Shown here: in pieces, positions 10,726-21,731 of the stretch
Layout of the letters: each line of letters starts with the position of its first letter
Position numbering within the stretch: the first letter of the stretch is position 1
NCBI RefSeq assembly: GCF_006345805.1
Contig: NW_021832489.1
Coordinates: forward strand, 1 to 30,783
Length of the DNA: 30,783 nt
From: Octopus sinensis
Taxonomy: Eukaryota
Direction: 5' to 3'
Translations under genes and position numbers: made by a program
The notes under the pieces: model-generated
Seen by the model: the letters and a program-made list of their open reading frames with translations, nothing else
The model's database searches: none
Told to the model about the DNA's origin: nothing

Positions 10726-10839
10726 GATTGATCAAATAGATATTCTAAAAATTCAGCTGGTTGGAGCATTCTAAGAGGTACTGATTGATCAAATAGGTAT
10801 TCTAAAAATTCAGCTGGTTGGAGCATTCTAAGAGGTACT
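10726..10839. repeat. 57-bp tandem duplication (2 copies, 1 mismatch)
   Basis: GATTGATCAAATAG(A/G)TATTCTAAAAATTCAGCTGGTTGGAGCATTCTAAGAGGTACT at 10726 and 10783. Confidence 0.95.
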
Positions 10840-11004
10840 AAAGTCATTAAGAACTCAACTGTCAGTTAAACATATTTGAAATCTGAGGAATACACTTCGT
10901 ATCAAAGTACTAATTTTGCTAAAATACCATAATAAAAAAACAATAAAACCAGACTATTTATGCTAAATATTTAGTATAGCAAAATAGAAAATTACTAAAG
11001 GTAC

Positions 11005-11126
11005 CTGTTCCAAAATAGCTGAAAACTGAGGCAAATTACTCAACTCTACAAGATTCAGCCAGGTTATATCTGAAATCCAACGATATGGCTTTGGTGCAAC
11101 TGTATTCAGGTCAAGGGAAGCACCTC
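11005..11126 (-). CDS. DNAH5: Axonemal dynein heavy chain, internal exon 2 of 4 (missed by ORF track)
   Basis: Acceptor ctgtag and donor GTACCT. 122 nt (phase 1 to phase 0) encoding (G)[40 protein letters not shown], which matches the GGAxLDL...[18 protein letters not shown] motif of DNAH5/8. Confidence 0.95.
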
Positions 11127-11295
11127 CTACAGACAGAGAACAGAAAAGAATTAAACAGTTTGAGGTGGAATCTTAGAACATGGCACTTGTAATCGTGGTG
11201 ATAATGCGAGTAATGATGATAGGGATGAGACTGTGCTACGTGTATGTATGTATGTATGTATGTATGTGTGTGTGTGTGTGTGTGTATGTAGGTAT

Positions 11296-11842
11296 TCTCT
11301 TTTCATTTAGTTGTTTCAGTCATTTGACTGTGGCCATGCTGGAGCACAGCCTTTAGTCGAGCAAATCGACCCCAGGACTTATTCTTTGTAAGCCTAGTAC
11401 TTATTCCATTGGTCTCTTTAGCCGAACCACTAAGTTACGGGGACATAAACACACTAGCATTGGTTGTCAAGCAATGTTGGGGTGACAAACATATATATAT
11501 ATATATATATATAGTTAATCCAAACATGAAAACACAAAGAGAAAACAAGTATATTATTATTGGATGCTCAGGAAAGAATTAAAGAAGGAGGGTTTAACAT
11601 TTCGAGCGGAGCTCTTCGTCAGAAACATAGGAAAAAGGAAAGATCCAAAGAAGGGAAGACGGAGGAAAAAAATCGCCAACAGTACACACGCGGTGATGGG
11701 TTTCTTTCAGTTTCCGTGTACCAAATCCACTCACAATGCTTTGGTTGGCCTGAGGCTATAGTAGAAGACAGTTCAGTGGGACTGAACCTGGAACCATGTG
11801 GTTCATCAGCTAGCTACTTACCACACAGCTACTACTATGCCT
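11296..11842 (-). mobile_element. SINE family A split by a Penelope-like fragment (about 11510-11695)
   Basis: Tail at about 11296-11470, then (TA)n, the insert, and the head at about 11695-11842. Confidence 0.8.
11592..11626 (-). ncRNA. Minimal type I hammerhead ribozyme motif (35 nt)
   Basis: Minus strand: GTTT / CTGACGA / A / GAGC TCC GCTC / GAAAT / GTT / AAAC. The core is intact. Helix III is ATGT, probably CpG-decayed ACGT. Confidence 0.75.
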
Positions 11843-11936
11843 ATATACATACATATATTTCTGTGTGTATGTATATGTGTGTGTATACATATATATATAT
11901 ATATATATACATGTGTGTATATGTATGTGTATGTGT

Positions 11937-12235
11937 TGAAGGCACATGGCTTAGCAGTTAGGGTATTCAACTCGTGATCACCAGGTTAAGGTAAATTCCC
12001 AGTGGTATGTTGTGTTATTGAGCAAAACACTTCATTTCACAGTGCTCTAGTTCACGCAGCTGGTGAAAATGAGTAATATCTGTATTTCAAAAGGCCAGCC
12101 TTATCACATTGTGTGTCACACTGAATCTGCATGTTTGTGGAGTGCTCAACCACTTTCACATTAATTGTATGAGCATGCTATTCTGGTGTTTGGATCAACT
12201 GGAAAAATTGTTGTTGTAACCTATGAATACCAGTG
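11937..12235 (+). mobile_element. Degenerate tRNA-derived SINE (family G)
   Basis: Homologous to 2308-2620 (GAGCAAAACACTTCATTTCAC..CAGCTGG..AAATGAGTA..TTCAAAAGGCCAGC). Confidence 0.65.
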
Positions 12236-12243
12236 TGTGTGTG

Positions 12244-12303
<60 letters not shown>

Positions 12304-12307
<4 letters not shown>

Positions 12308-12555
12308 GACTGGCTTCCATGCTAGTGGCACGTAAAAAGCACCAACCCAATCGTGCACATTGCCAGCCTCCCCTGGCCCCTGTACTGGTGGCATGTAAAA
12401 AGCGCCCACTACACTCACGGAGTGGTTGGCATTAGGAAGAGCATCCAGCTGTAGAAACATTGCCAGATCAGACTGGAGCCTGGTGCAGCCTCCTGGCTTC
12501 CCAAACCCCGGTTGAACTGTCCAACCCATGCTAGCATGGAAAACGGACGTTAAAC

Positions 12556-12586
<31 letters not shown>
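12304..12586 (+). mobile_element. Family C retroposon with (GAT)n tail
   Basis: ..GGAGTGGTTGGCATTAGGAAGAGCATCCAGCTGTAGAAAC..GGACGTTAAACGATGATGATG. Confidence 0.85.
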
Positions 12587-12614
12587 TATATACATATATA
12601 TATATGTATATAGG

Positions 12615-13036
12615 CAGGGCTGGATTAAGACCCATTGAGGTCCTAAGCACTTAAAACATTTTGGTGCCCCCATAAAAGATTATGTAATTTAACATATAAA
12701 CAATAAACATAAAATAAATTTTTATTTTTCAAAATGAAACAAAACAGTAAGATGGAAAATAATGTTTATTTTTGTATACTTCCACTTTATTTATATTTGA
12801 AAAGTTTCCTCCTACTTTTTTGAATTGCAAAGTCTTTGATCAGATCCTCAAAATTTAATCTTAGGTAACACATCTGCATCTATACTTAATATAGATAAAG
12901 GCATCCCGAATATCATTTTAGTAAGTTTAAAGTAATTTCTTTTGTGCTGTAAACCATCTACCATTTCTGTGGTGCCCCCTCCTTCCTTTGATGCCCTAAG
13001 CACGTGCTTATTTTGCTTAATGGTAATCCAGTGCTG
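12615..13036. mobile_element. hAT-like MITE, copy 1
   Basis: Termini CAGGGCTGGATTA and TAATCCAGTGCTG. Homologous over its length to 27608-28053. The 8-bp TSD is degenerate here. Confidence 0.7.
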
Positions 13037-13138
13037 TATGTATGGGTGGATAAACATATGGTAACACCACTTTTTATTTATTTATTTTTTCTATTGACAT
13101 TTGACAAATTCCAAACTGTATATATGTGTCCATGTGCA

Positions 13139-13447
13139 CTGAGGCTCACCAATAGAGAAGTTCTTAACCAGATCAAGCCAAAACTGTCGCTAGAAGCTAG
13201 GATCACCAAGCATAGATTGGCATATTTTGGTCATATTATGCGGAGAAAATCCCTGGAGAAGGGCATCATGCTTGGAATGGTCAGTGGCAAGAGAGGAAGA
13301 GACTGACCAAGAACCCACTGGCTTGACACCATCAAGAGTGACAAGGGAATGGCCATAGCCAATCTGAAAGAAGTGACCCAGGATAGAACTGACTGGAGGA
13401 CACTGATCCATCGAGTAACCGAGAGTTGACTTCGACTGAGCGGATAG
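13139..13447 (+). mobile_element. RTE-clade LINE 3' remnant
   Basis: TNREVLNQI..LAYFGHIMRRKSLEKGIMLGMVSGKRGRD*PRTHWLDTIK..QDRTDWRTLIHRVTES*LRLSG*, the typical RTE post-RT C-terminus, followed by a GATA-like tail. Confidence 0.9.
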
Positions 13448-13471
13448 ATAGATAGGTGTAGTTGATTATGA

Positions 13472-14073
13472 AGACGGCAAGCTGGCAGAAACGTTAGCAT
13501 GCCGGGCAATATACTTTCCCGCATTTCGCCTGCCGTTACATTCTGAGTTCAAATTCCGCCGAGATCGACTTTGCCTTTCATCCTTTCGGGGTCGATAAAT
13601 TAAGTACCAGTTACGCATTGGGGTCGATATAATCGACTTAATCCGTTTGTCTGTCCTTGTTTGTCCTCTCTGTGTTTAGCCCCTTGTGGGTAGTAAAGAA
13701 ATAGGTATTTCGTCTGCTGCCACGTTCTGAGTTCAAATTTCACTGAGGTTGACTTTGCCTTTCATCCTTTCGGGGTCGATAAATTAAGTACCAGTTACGC
13801 ATTGGGGTCGATATAATCGACTTAATCCGTTTGTCTGTCCTTGTTTGTCCTCTCTGTGTTTAGCCACTTGTGGGTAGTAAAGAAATAGGTATTTCGTCTG
13901 CTGCTACATTCTGAGTTCAAATTCCGCCGAGGTCGACTTTGCCTTTCATCCTTTCAGGGTCGATTAAATAAGTACCAGTTACGCACTGGGGTCGATATAA
14001 TCGACTCAATCCTTTTGTCTGTCCTTGTTTGTCCTCTCGATGTTTAGCCCCTTGTGTGTAGTAAAGAAATAGG
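13472..14073 (+). mobile_element. SINE family B: head plus three tandem body units of about 184 bp
   Basis: Body units restart at 13705 and 13889. Confidence 0.88.
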
Positions 14074-14230
14074 TGTAGTAAAGAAATATGAAAGTTTCAT
14101 TGTATAATTATCAAAAATTTGATGGTATTTACGTTGTGGTGGGAAATTTTTTTCTGAATGTAACAAAGAAAATTCTAGCTATTTTAGTTCTAATCTAATT
14201 CCACATTTTCTTTCTTTCTTTCTTTTTTTC

Positions 14231-14480
14231 TGCATATTTGCCATGAGTAATAGAACTTTCTTTTTTTCTCCAAAATTGAGCTACAATGACTATGAGATAG
14301 CATTTAAACATTTTATCCCTGAATAATAGAAATTGATTTAGTGGAATAATTTGAAAAAATTTGTACATTTTTCTTTTTTGTATATTTCCCATGAGAAATA
14401 CAACTTTTTTTTTCCAAAATTGAGCTGCAATTAAACAATTTATCCCTGAATAATAGAAATTGGTTTAGTAGAATAATTTG
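14231..14480. repeat. Diverged AT-rich tandem duplication
   Basis: CCAAAATTGAGCT and TTTATCCCTGAATAATAGAAATTG each occur twice, 130-155 bp apart. Confidence 0.8.
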
Positions 14481-14816
14481 TAACATTTGTATTTTGAAAG
14501 CCGAGTTGTAGTTAAGTCAGCTCTCATTGAATATAAACTATGATAAAAGGAGACCCACTTATAACAATACCGTCCTTTAATTACATAGCAATAAGCGACA
14601 GAATATTAATTACACAGTAGTCATTTTCCCTCAAAGCTGCAATGTATGATATAACTGCTATTTCTAGCAGTCGGATAACCGCATAGAGATCCCGTTGTTA
14701 ACTCGAAACAAAGTCTATTGGTTTCATAGAAACTGTCAACTGGCGTGATAACGATGTCTAACTAAAGTAGTGCATTTCTCCTATCTTCTCCTTTAATGAC
14801 TGAAACTTTGTTTAAT

Positions 14817-15529
14817 GGATCTTTTCCTTTTGAACGGCAGACAATTTCTAGTTAACTAAACACTTTAAAACTTCGTATACTGGTAGACTGTGTCAAAATA
14901 AAACATTTTTTTTCTCTTGGCTTTCTTGAGAAAATTGTAATTTGTTTGTTTAACGTAGTTTAATTTTTCGAATTTTAACCAATCCTATGCTCTCTTTTGA
15001 GCTAAAATCATTTGCTGCATCTAAAACTGAGACAACATCCTGTCACTAACTCTAACCCTAATTTTTTTTTCTTAATTATTAAATTAATTTAATTGTTACG
15101 CGTGTAAAAAAAAAAACGAATGCAATGGAAAATAATTTAAACAATTAACAAACAAAATAATTCTATAATTTTGTTTGTTAATTGTTTAAATTATTTTCCA
15201 TTGCTTTCGTTTTGTTTTACACACGTAACAATTAAATTAATTTAACAATTAAGAAAAAAAAAGTTAGGGTTAGGTTGAGGGTTAGTGACAGGATGTTGTC
15301 TCAGTATTAGACGCAGCAAATGATTTTAGTTCAATGGAGGTAATCGATTGGTTAAAATTGCCGAAATGCTCGGATTTTCAGACGAAATATCTTAGAAACT
15401 ATAGAATTTTCTCAATAAAACCAAGAGAAAATGATGTTTTATAAACACATTCTACCAGTATACGAAGTTTAAAACTTTTTATTTACCTAGAAATTATGTT
15501 ACAAACTGCCGTTCAAAAGGAAAAGATCC
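14817..15529. mobile_element. Fold-back MITE (Merlin-like: GG termini, 8-bp TSD)
   Basis: TIR GGATCTTTTCCTTTTGAACGGCAG at both ends and a perfect TSD TGTTTAAT (14809-14816, 15530-15537). The element is an imperfect palindrome centred near 15163. Confidence 0.85.
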
Positions 15530-16244
15530 TGTTTAATAATTCTTTGGGAAGAGTGTGAAGGGTAGTCGTATAGAATTAGAATAATAAAATTATTGCCATT
15601 GTCATGGGCCTTCTGTTTCGCTAGAAACAACAGCCAGACTGAAACGACTACACATGGACTGTCGACACGCGAGTTGGCGCTGTGCAACTAATTGTTCTAC
15701 AATGGATTCATATCTTTGCAAGTTTATTTGGCATCACAGGTACAACAATTGCAATCTCTTCAAAAAAATACAAAAGTGTATGGCAATCTCGCCAAATTCT
15801 TCATTACATTCCGTTTCTTTTATTATATTAATTATAAAAAAAAAACTGAAATAAATTCATTTCCTTACAGCTTTTTCATTATTGTTTTCTATAACTAATT
15901 TCATTATTTATTTTCTTTAATTAATTTCGTTATTGTTTTCTTTTATTAATTTCTTTTAAAGACATCCGAAAAAAATTATTTTATTCATTCTTTTTCAGAA
16001 TTTAAGGTTTCGTAATGTTTTCGGTTTCAAAAATTCCTGTTTTCTTAGTCTTTCATTAAATTTTTACTGTTCTCTTTCTGCTTTGATTTTCAAAAATTTG
16101 TTTATAGTTCCATGGATAGGCTGGAGTTGACATGACAACAGAAAATGTGAGACTATGCGAATGGTTGGAAGAAATTTAAAAAGACCCGCCAAAATGTATT
16201 TTAATAAAAAAAATATTTGAGCGCATGTCCTCAATAGGCTTATT

Positions 16245-16612
16245 GGATCTTTTCGGTTTGAACGGCAGTTTTTTCTAGCGGTATCATATGAAATTATCAC
16301 CCATAACTATGACCCTAGTATCGATCTATTGCATTTCAATCTGTTTTAGGGTTAGGGGTGGGGGGAAGGGTATCTTTTTTCTTCGGAAATGTAAATAAAC
16401 CCAATCTGTTTCTTAAACGAGGGACATATTCATACGGCACAGAATGTTTTCACCTCAATAAACGTCATTGATTGGTTGAAATTGCAGAAATTGAAGAAAA
16501 AACACAACAAATATCTTACAAACTATAGAATTTTCTCAATAAAGCCAAGTTTAAAAGTGTTTAGTTACGTGGAAACGATTTTAAAAAACTGCCGGTCAAA
16601 CCGAAAAGATCC
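16245..16612. mobile_element. MITE of the same TIR family, flanked by a 37-bp direct duplication
   Basis: TIRs GGATCTTTTCGGTTTGAACGGCAG and CTGCCGGTCAAACCGAAAAGATCC. 16208-16244 is identical to 16613-16649. Confidence 0.85.
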
Positions 16613-16657
16613 AAAAAATATTTGAGCGCATGTCCTCAATAGGCTTATTTTATAAGA

Positions 16658-17060
16658 TTATACTACAAATCTGCCTTCAGCTTCAATGACTGCATCAATG
16701 CAGGATTGGAATCGTTGGCATGTCAGCACTGAACAGTCCTTATTAATTTCAGACGTCAGTTGGATATTAAGCAGGTTCTAGGTGAGGACGTCGATTAGTC
16801 TCCCTTCCAACATACTGTGAACGTCGTGGTCCACAAGATTTTAAAGCTGGCGAGTTTGGAGGGCCACAAATTTGTTTGTTTCATGATCGTAAAGATTGTT
16901 TGACATCCATTCTTGGGATACGTGCACATTGAGAGAAGGTGCTGGATCTTGTTGAAACATGCATGGCCTTCCACTTCGCATTTTATCCATTCGGAGTTTA
17001 AGAATTATCTCCAGCACAGTTGTCCCGTAAATTTTCATAAATCAAGAAAAAGCAGTACTC
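16658..17060 (-). pseudogene. Decayed DD37D (maT-type) Tc1/mariner transposase C-terminal half
   Basis: ..GRPCMFQQDPAP..SQEWMSNNLYDH..(frameshifted WPPNSPxLNLVD)..TNRRPH..INKDCSVLTCQRFQSCIDAVIEAEGRFVV*. The D-to-D spacing is 37 after removing three +1 indels. Confidence 0.85.
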
Positions 17061-17879
17061 GGATATTAGGTAACATGACGGGTACAATAAAAAATATTGC
17101 ACAATATACCCTTTGTATTACACAACTTACGAGTGCTGCTTTTTTCTGAGTCACAGCAATTTGTTGGATTATATACGCTGCGTGCACACACACACGCTTT
17201 TATATAGTCGAGTATTATTATATTCTTGGTTATGGCCTGCATATATTAGTCATCTATATTGTCAGGTTAATATTAGAAACGAAACCAATGATAATTTTCT
17301 GACCGCTTTTATACCATAGCCAGGTATATATACTACCCGGCTCTATAATAGTAAAATTACCGAATCTTTTCAAGACCGTGTTTTTTTCCTAACAACTAAC
17401 ACACGTGTATATAAGTGTTTCTCAACACTTCAACACACGTACTCTGAACAGTGATACAAAGACACACCTAGGAAGCTTGCACATGCTCGCACGTTCGTTC
17501 ACACGCAAGAAAAGCGTGTGCATATTAGAGAAGAAAAGACTATACAAACATTCAAAGAAGCAAAACATACACTACACTCGAATCAAAGTCAACGCATTCT
17601 AAGAAAAAAAAAACACGTACGAATTCTGAGAAAGAAAAAAAACCACACACACATACGCATTCAAAGTTCTCATACATTTACTACAGAAGCTAAGGATAAC
17701 ACACAGACATAAATACATACATAACTAGACATCGCTGTAGAATATACATACAACAAATATAAATCACATGCTAAGCACATGTACATAAAAAAGCAGAAAA
17801 ACAGTACACGGCTACCTTGGAAAAACCCACACCGAAATAAACTTAACGAAAGGCAATTTTAAAATAACTACAAATTCTC

Positions 17880-18287
17880 GGTACTACTTGAGAACTGTGG
17901 TCCCGGTGCGCGCACTCGCGTACTCGCGCATCCACGCTTGCTGGTCGTGACTAGTCGAACGACTACCTAGCAAAGTAAATAAAACACAAATTAAATAATA
18001 TTTTTTTTTACACAAAGTAAATAATTTGGCAATCCTTCGGTATAGGTACACACGTGACTTTGTTTACATTTCTGAAGATAAGAGAAATCCTTTTTCTCCC
18101 ACCCCTAACTCTAACACAAACCCTAATCCTAACCCTAACCCCTCCCCCATATATATAAAAAAAAACACAAAGTAAATCATTTTTTAAAACAAAGTAAATA
18201 AAACACAAAGTAAGGATCGACTAGTCACGACTAGCTAGTGCGGATGCGCGAGTGCGCGCACCGGGACCACGTTTCTTAAGTCGTACC
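17880..18287. mobile_element. MITE with about 80-bp GC-rich TIRs and 9-bp TSD (Merlin or Mutator-like)
   Basis: GGTACTACTTGAGAACTGTGGTCCCGGTGCGCGCACTCGCG.. against ..GCGCGAGTGCGCGCACCGGGACCACGTTTCTTAAGTCGTACC. TSD CAAATTCTC / CAAATCCTC. Confidence 0.85.
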
Positions 18288-18320
18288 CAAATCCTCTATC
18301 GCGCGTACACGCACACATAT

Positions 18321-18506
18321 ACCTGTTTCTTTATTACCCACAAGGGGCTAAACACAGGGGACAAACAAGGACAGACAAACGGATTAAGTCGATTACATCG
18401 ATCCTGTGCGTAACTGGTACTTATTTAATCGACCTTGAAAGGATGAAAGGTAAAGTCGACCTCGGCGGAATTTGAACTCAGAACGTAGCGGCAGACGAAA
18501 TACCGC
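18321..18506 (-). mobile_element. SINE family B body unit
   Basis: Reverse complement of the roughly 183-bp family B unit. Confidence 0.85.
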
Positions 18507-18991
18507 CAAAACACATATATACCTGACGCTATCTAAAACTGTCCTAAGCTGGTTTATCTTTACCATTCCTTCCTCTGTCATAGTATCCCTGTAAACACAT
18601 GGAGAAAAAAAATAAACACTAACACACATCCACACGCACAACACCTACATGCACACACGCTCGAGCCCACACACTTGCACACACATACATTCCAAAATAT
18701 TCAAGAAAAGATCACGTAAACCAATGCAAATACACACATATACATCCATACTACTGATGTCTTAAAGCATGGACATATGGACATGCTACGCAGTTGTCTG
18801 TGAGGCCTCTGGGTCTAGAAACCCAATGCTAAATAAACTATGTATGTTGTTATTGCGTATGTAGGAACTCTTGTGTGGGAGCCTGCTAAGGCAGTCCTAG
18901 TCCACGATATTATATAACAAAACATAAGCACAAGGCAACCTTATTGGTCACTGGAGAAATCTATGTAATGGGCCTTATATTTATTTACTTA

Positions 18992-19394
18992 AGAGCGGCG
19001 AGTTGGCAGAAACGTTAGCACGCTGGGCAAAATGCTTAGTAGTATTTCGTCTGCCGTTACGTTCTGAGTTCAAATACCGCCGAGGTTGACTTTGCTTTTC
19101 ATCCTTTTGGGGTTGATAAATTAAGTACCAGTTACGCACTGGAGTTGATATAATCGACTTAATCCGTTTGTCTGTCCTTGTTTGTCTCCTCTGTGTTTAG
19201 CCCCTTGTGGGTAGTAAAGAAATAGGTGTTTCATCTGTCTTACGTTCTGAGTTCAAATTCCACCGAGGTCGACTTTGCTTTCATCATTTTAGGGTCGATA
19301 AATTAAGTACCAGTTGCGTACTGGAGTTGATCTAATCGACTGGCCCCCACTCCAAAAATTTCGGGCCTCGTGCCTTGAGTAGAAAAGAATATTA
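18992..19394 (+). mobile_element. SINE family B: head plus two body units, the second with a variant tail
   Basis: The second unit ends GACTGGCCCCCACTCCAAAAATTTCGGGCCTCGTGCC..AGTAGAAAAGAAT. Confidence 0.8.
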
Positions 19395-19903
19395 ATAGAA
19401 TATTGTATATCAAGACTCTTTGCAGGGGTGCTAGCACTTGATAATCCTGCTGTGTGTGCAGACAATGCAACCCAGCTTAGGGAAGATATCTGCTCCTGGT
19501 AATTCAGACATGTACTTTTTTATAAAGGTACTTTTTATAGTATTTCCGAAGTACAGATTCCAATATATTATATTTGCGTGTGTATTTGTGTAAAATATAT
19601 TTATATATATATTTGAGTGTATATGTGTTTGTGTATGTTTATTTAGAAAAATATATAGAAAATAAAATTACAGACACGTGCATTTACAAACATATATATA
19701 CAAACAGACACACTTAAAAAGGAAGGAAGGGGGCTGTGAAAGAGTATAGAAAACCGTGTTTACTACAGACTGTGATACTCATACGTATTGATGTATACAT
19801 AAGCACACAGAGACTTGAAGTGCAGTTTGATTTTTCTAATACTGTTTTGTAGTCTTTTTATATATAAAATACTGCAATTAGCCGTCATTTTTTATGGCAC
19901 AGG

Positions 19904-20313
19904 GGATCTTTTCGGTTTGAACGGCAGTTTTTAACATAATGTCTAGGTAACTAAAAAATTTTAGACTTCGTATACTGGTAGAATGTGTTTATAAAACATC
20001 TTTTTCTCTTGGCTTTATTGAGAAAATTCTATAATTTGTAAGATATTTGTTGTTGTTTTTCTTCGATTTCTGAAATTTCAACCAATCAAGGACGTCCATT
20101 GAGGTAAAAAAAAACATTCTGTGCCGTATGAATATGTCCCTCATTTAAGAAACAGATTGGGTTTATTTACATTTGTGAAGAAAAAAGATACCCTTCCCCC
20201 ACCCTAACCCTAAAACAGATTGAAATGCAATAGATCGATACTAGGGTCATAATTATGGATGACAATTTCATATGACACCGCTAGAAAAACTGCCGTTCAA
20301 ACCGAAAAAAACC
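19904..20313. mobile_element. MITE, same family as 16245-16612, opposite orientation
   Basis: TIR GGATCTTTTCGGTTTGAACGGCAG. TSD GGCACAGG / GACACAGG (8 bp, 1 mismatch). Confidence 0.85.
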
Positions 20314-20355
20314 GACACAGGGCCAACTAATATATATATATTATATATAATAATA

Positions 20356-20385
<30 letters not shown>

Positions 20386-20387
<2 letters not shown>

Positions 20388-20521
20388 ATTTATTATATAG
20401 AAGGAGCTTCTACAGGACTAGAACTGTTTCATTCAAGAGAAATCTTCAGGAAGCTTCCTGAAGATTTCTCTTGAATGAAACAGTTCTAGTCCTGTAGAAG
20501 CTCCTTCTATATAATAAATTA
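20386..20521. repeat. Perfect 136-bp zero-spacer palindrome (Penelope-like fold-back)
   Basis: The axis lies between 20453 and 20454 (AAG|CTT). The 68-bp arms have no mismatch, and (TA)n lies to the left. Confidence 0.95.
20452..20502 (+). ncRNA. Type I hammerhead ribozyme motif (mirror copy at 20405-20455 on minus strand)
   Basis: AGCTTC / CTGAAGA / T TTC TCTT GAA T / GAAA CAG TTCTAGTC CTG TA (cut after 20496) / GAAGCT. Helix II is weak. Confidence 0.7.
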
Positions 20522-20585
20522 ATTTTACTCTACTATGTATTGAGTACCTTATTTACTGTGGTTAACCCCGAATCAACCCGGGACC

Positions 20586-20632
<47 letters not shown>

Positions 20633-20657
20633 CCATATATATATATATATATATATT

Positions 20658-20729
20658 GTATACTAGCCATCTCAATATGGCTAACCACTAAGGGTGGGGT
20701 GGTTAGCCATATTGAGATGGCTAGTATAC
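20658..20729. repeat. Perfect 31-bp inverted repeat with 10-nt loop
   Basis: GTATACTAGCCATCTCAATATGGCTAACCAC at 20658-20688 and its reverse complement at 20699-20729. Confidence 0.92.
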
Positions 20730-20962
20730 TTTACGTTGTCGAGCGGTTACTGTTTACATCTCGTTCAGAGATTTATCATTGCTATATATATAATATATGT
20801 TGTCAAAATAAGCAACAAGGATATCCAGAGAATATCCTTGTTGTTTATCTTAATTATAATCACCTTATTTTAAATTGTATGGATAATACCATACTAAATT
20901 CTGGTGCCTCAACTTAAGTACCATATTCATCTGAATCCATATTTACATATATATATATATAC

Positions 20963-21460
20963 TCTTTTACTTGTTTCAGTCATTTGACTGTGGCCATGCT
21001 GGAGCAAATCGACCCCAGGACTTATTCTTTGTAAGCCTAGTACTTATTCTATCGGTCTCTTATGCCGAACCGCTAGGTTACAGGGACGTAAATACACCAG
21101 CATTGGTTGTCAAGCGATATTGGGGGTGGGGAGAGAAACACAGGCACACAAACATATACACATACATATACATAGACATATATATATATAGACAGAAACT
21201 GAAAGAAGCCAGTCGTATATATGCATATATATATCATCATCATCATCATTTAGGAAAACGGACGCTAAATGATGATGATGATGATGATGATATATATTAT
21301 GCATATATACGACTAGCTTCTTTCAGTTTCTGTTTATCAAATTCACTCACAAGGCCTGAGGCTATAGTAGAAGACACTTGCCCAAGGTGCCACACAGTGG
21401 GACTGAACCCAGAACCATGTGGTTCGTAAGCAAGCTACTTACCACACAGCCACTCCTACG
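20963..21460 (-). mobile_element. SINE family A with inserted (CAT)n/(GAT)n inverted block
   Basis: Tail at about 20963-21160 and head at about 21315-21460. Confidence 0.8.
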
Positions 21461-21496
<36 letters not shown>

Positions 21497-21523
21497 CTAC
21501 TTACCACACAGCCACTCCTACGC

Positions 21524-21577
<54 letters not shown>

Positions 21578-21693
21578 TACACACACATATATATATAACG
21601 GGATGGTTTACGAAAATAAGCAAAAGACGAAGGCAGGTGGAGTACAAACAAACAATGTATTAGTATGGCGCTCAGGGATACAAATAGAACAAG

Positions 21694-21731
21694 TCTTTTA
21701 CGTTTCGAGCCTACGCTCTTCGACAGAAAGA
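21694..21731 (-). ncRNA. Minimal hammerhead-like motif with A6U core variant
   Basis: Minus strand: TCTTT / CTGTCGA / A / GAGC GTAG GCTC / GAAAC / GTA / AAAGA. All helices pair, and helix III is a loopless ACGT. Confidence 0.65.
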
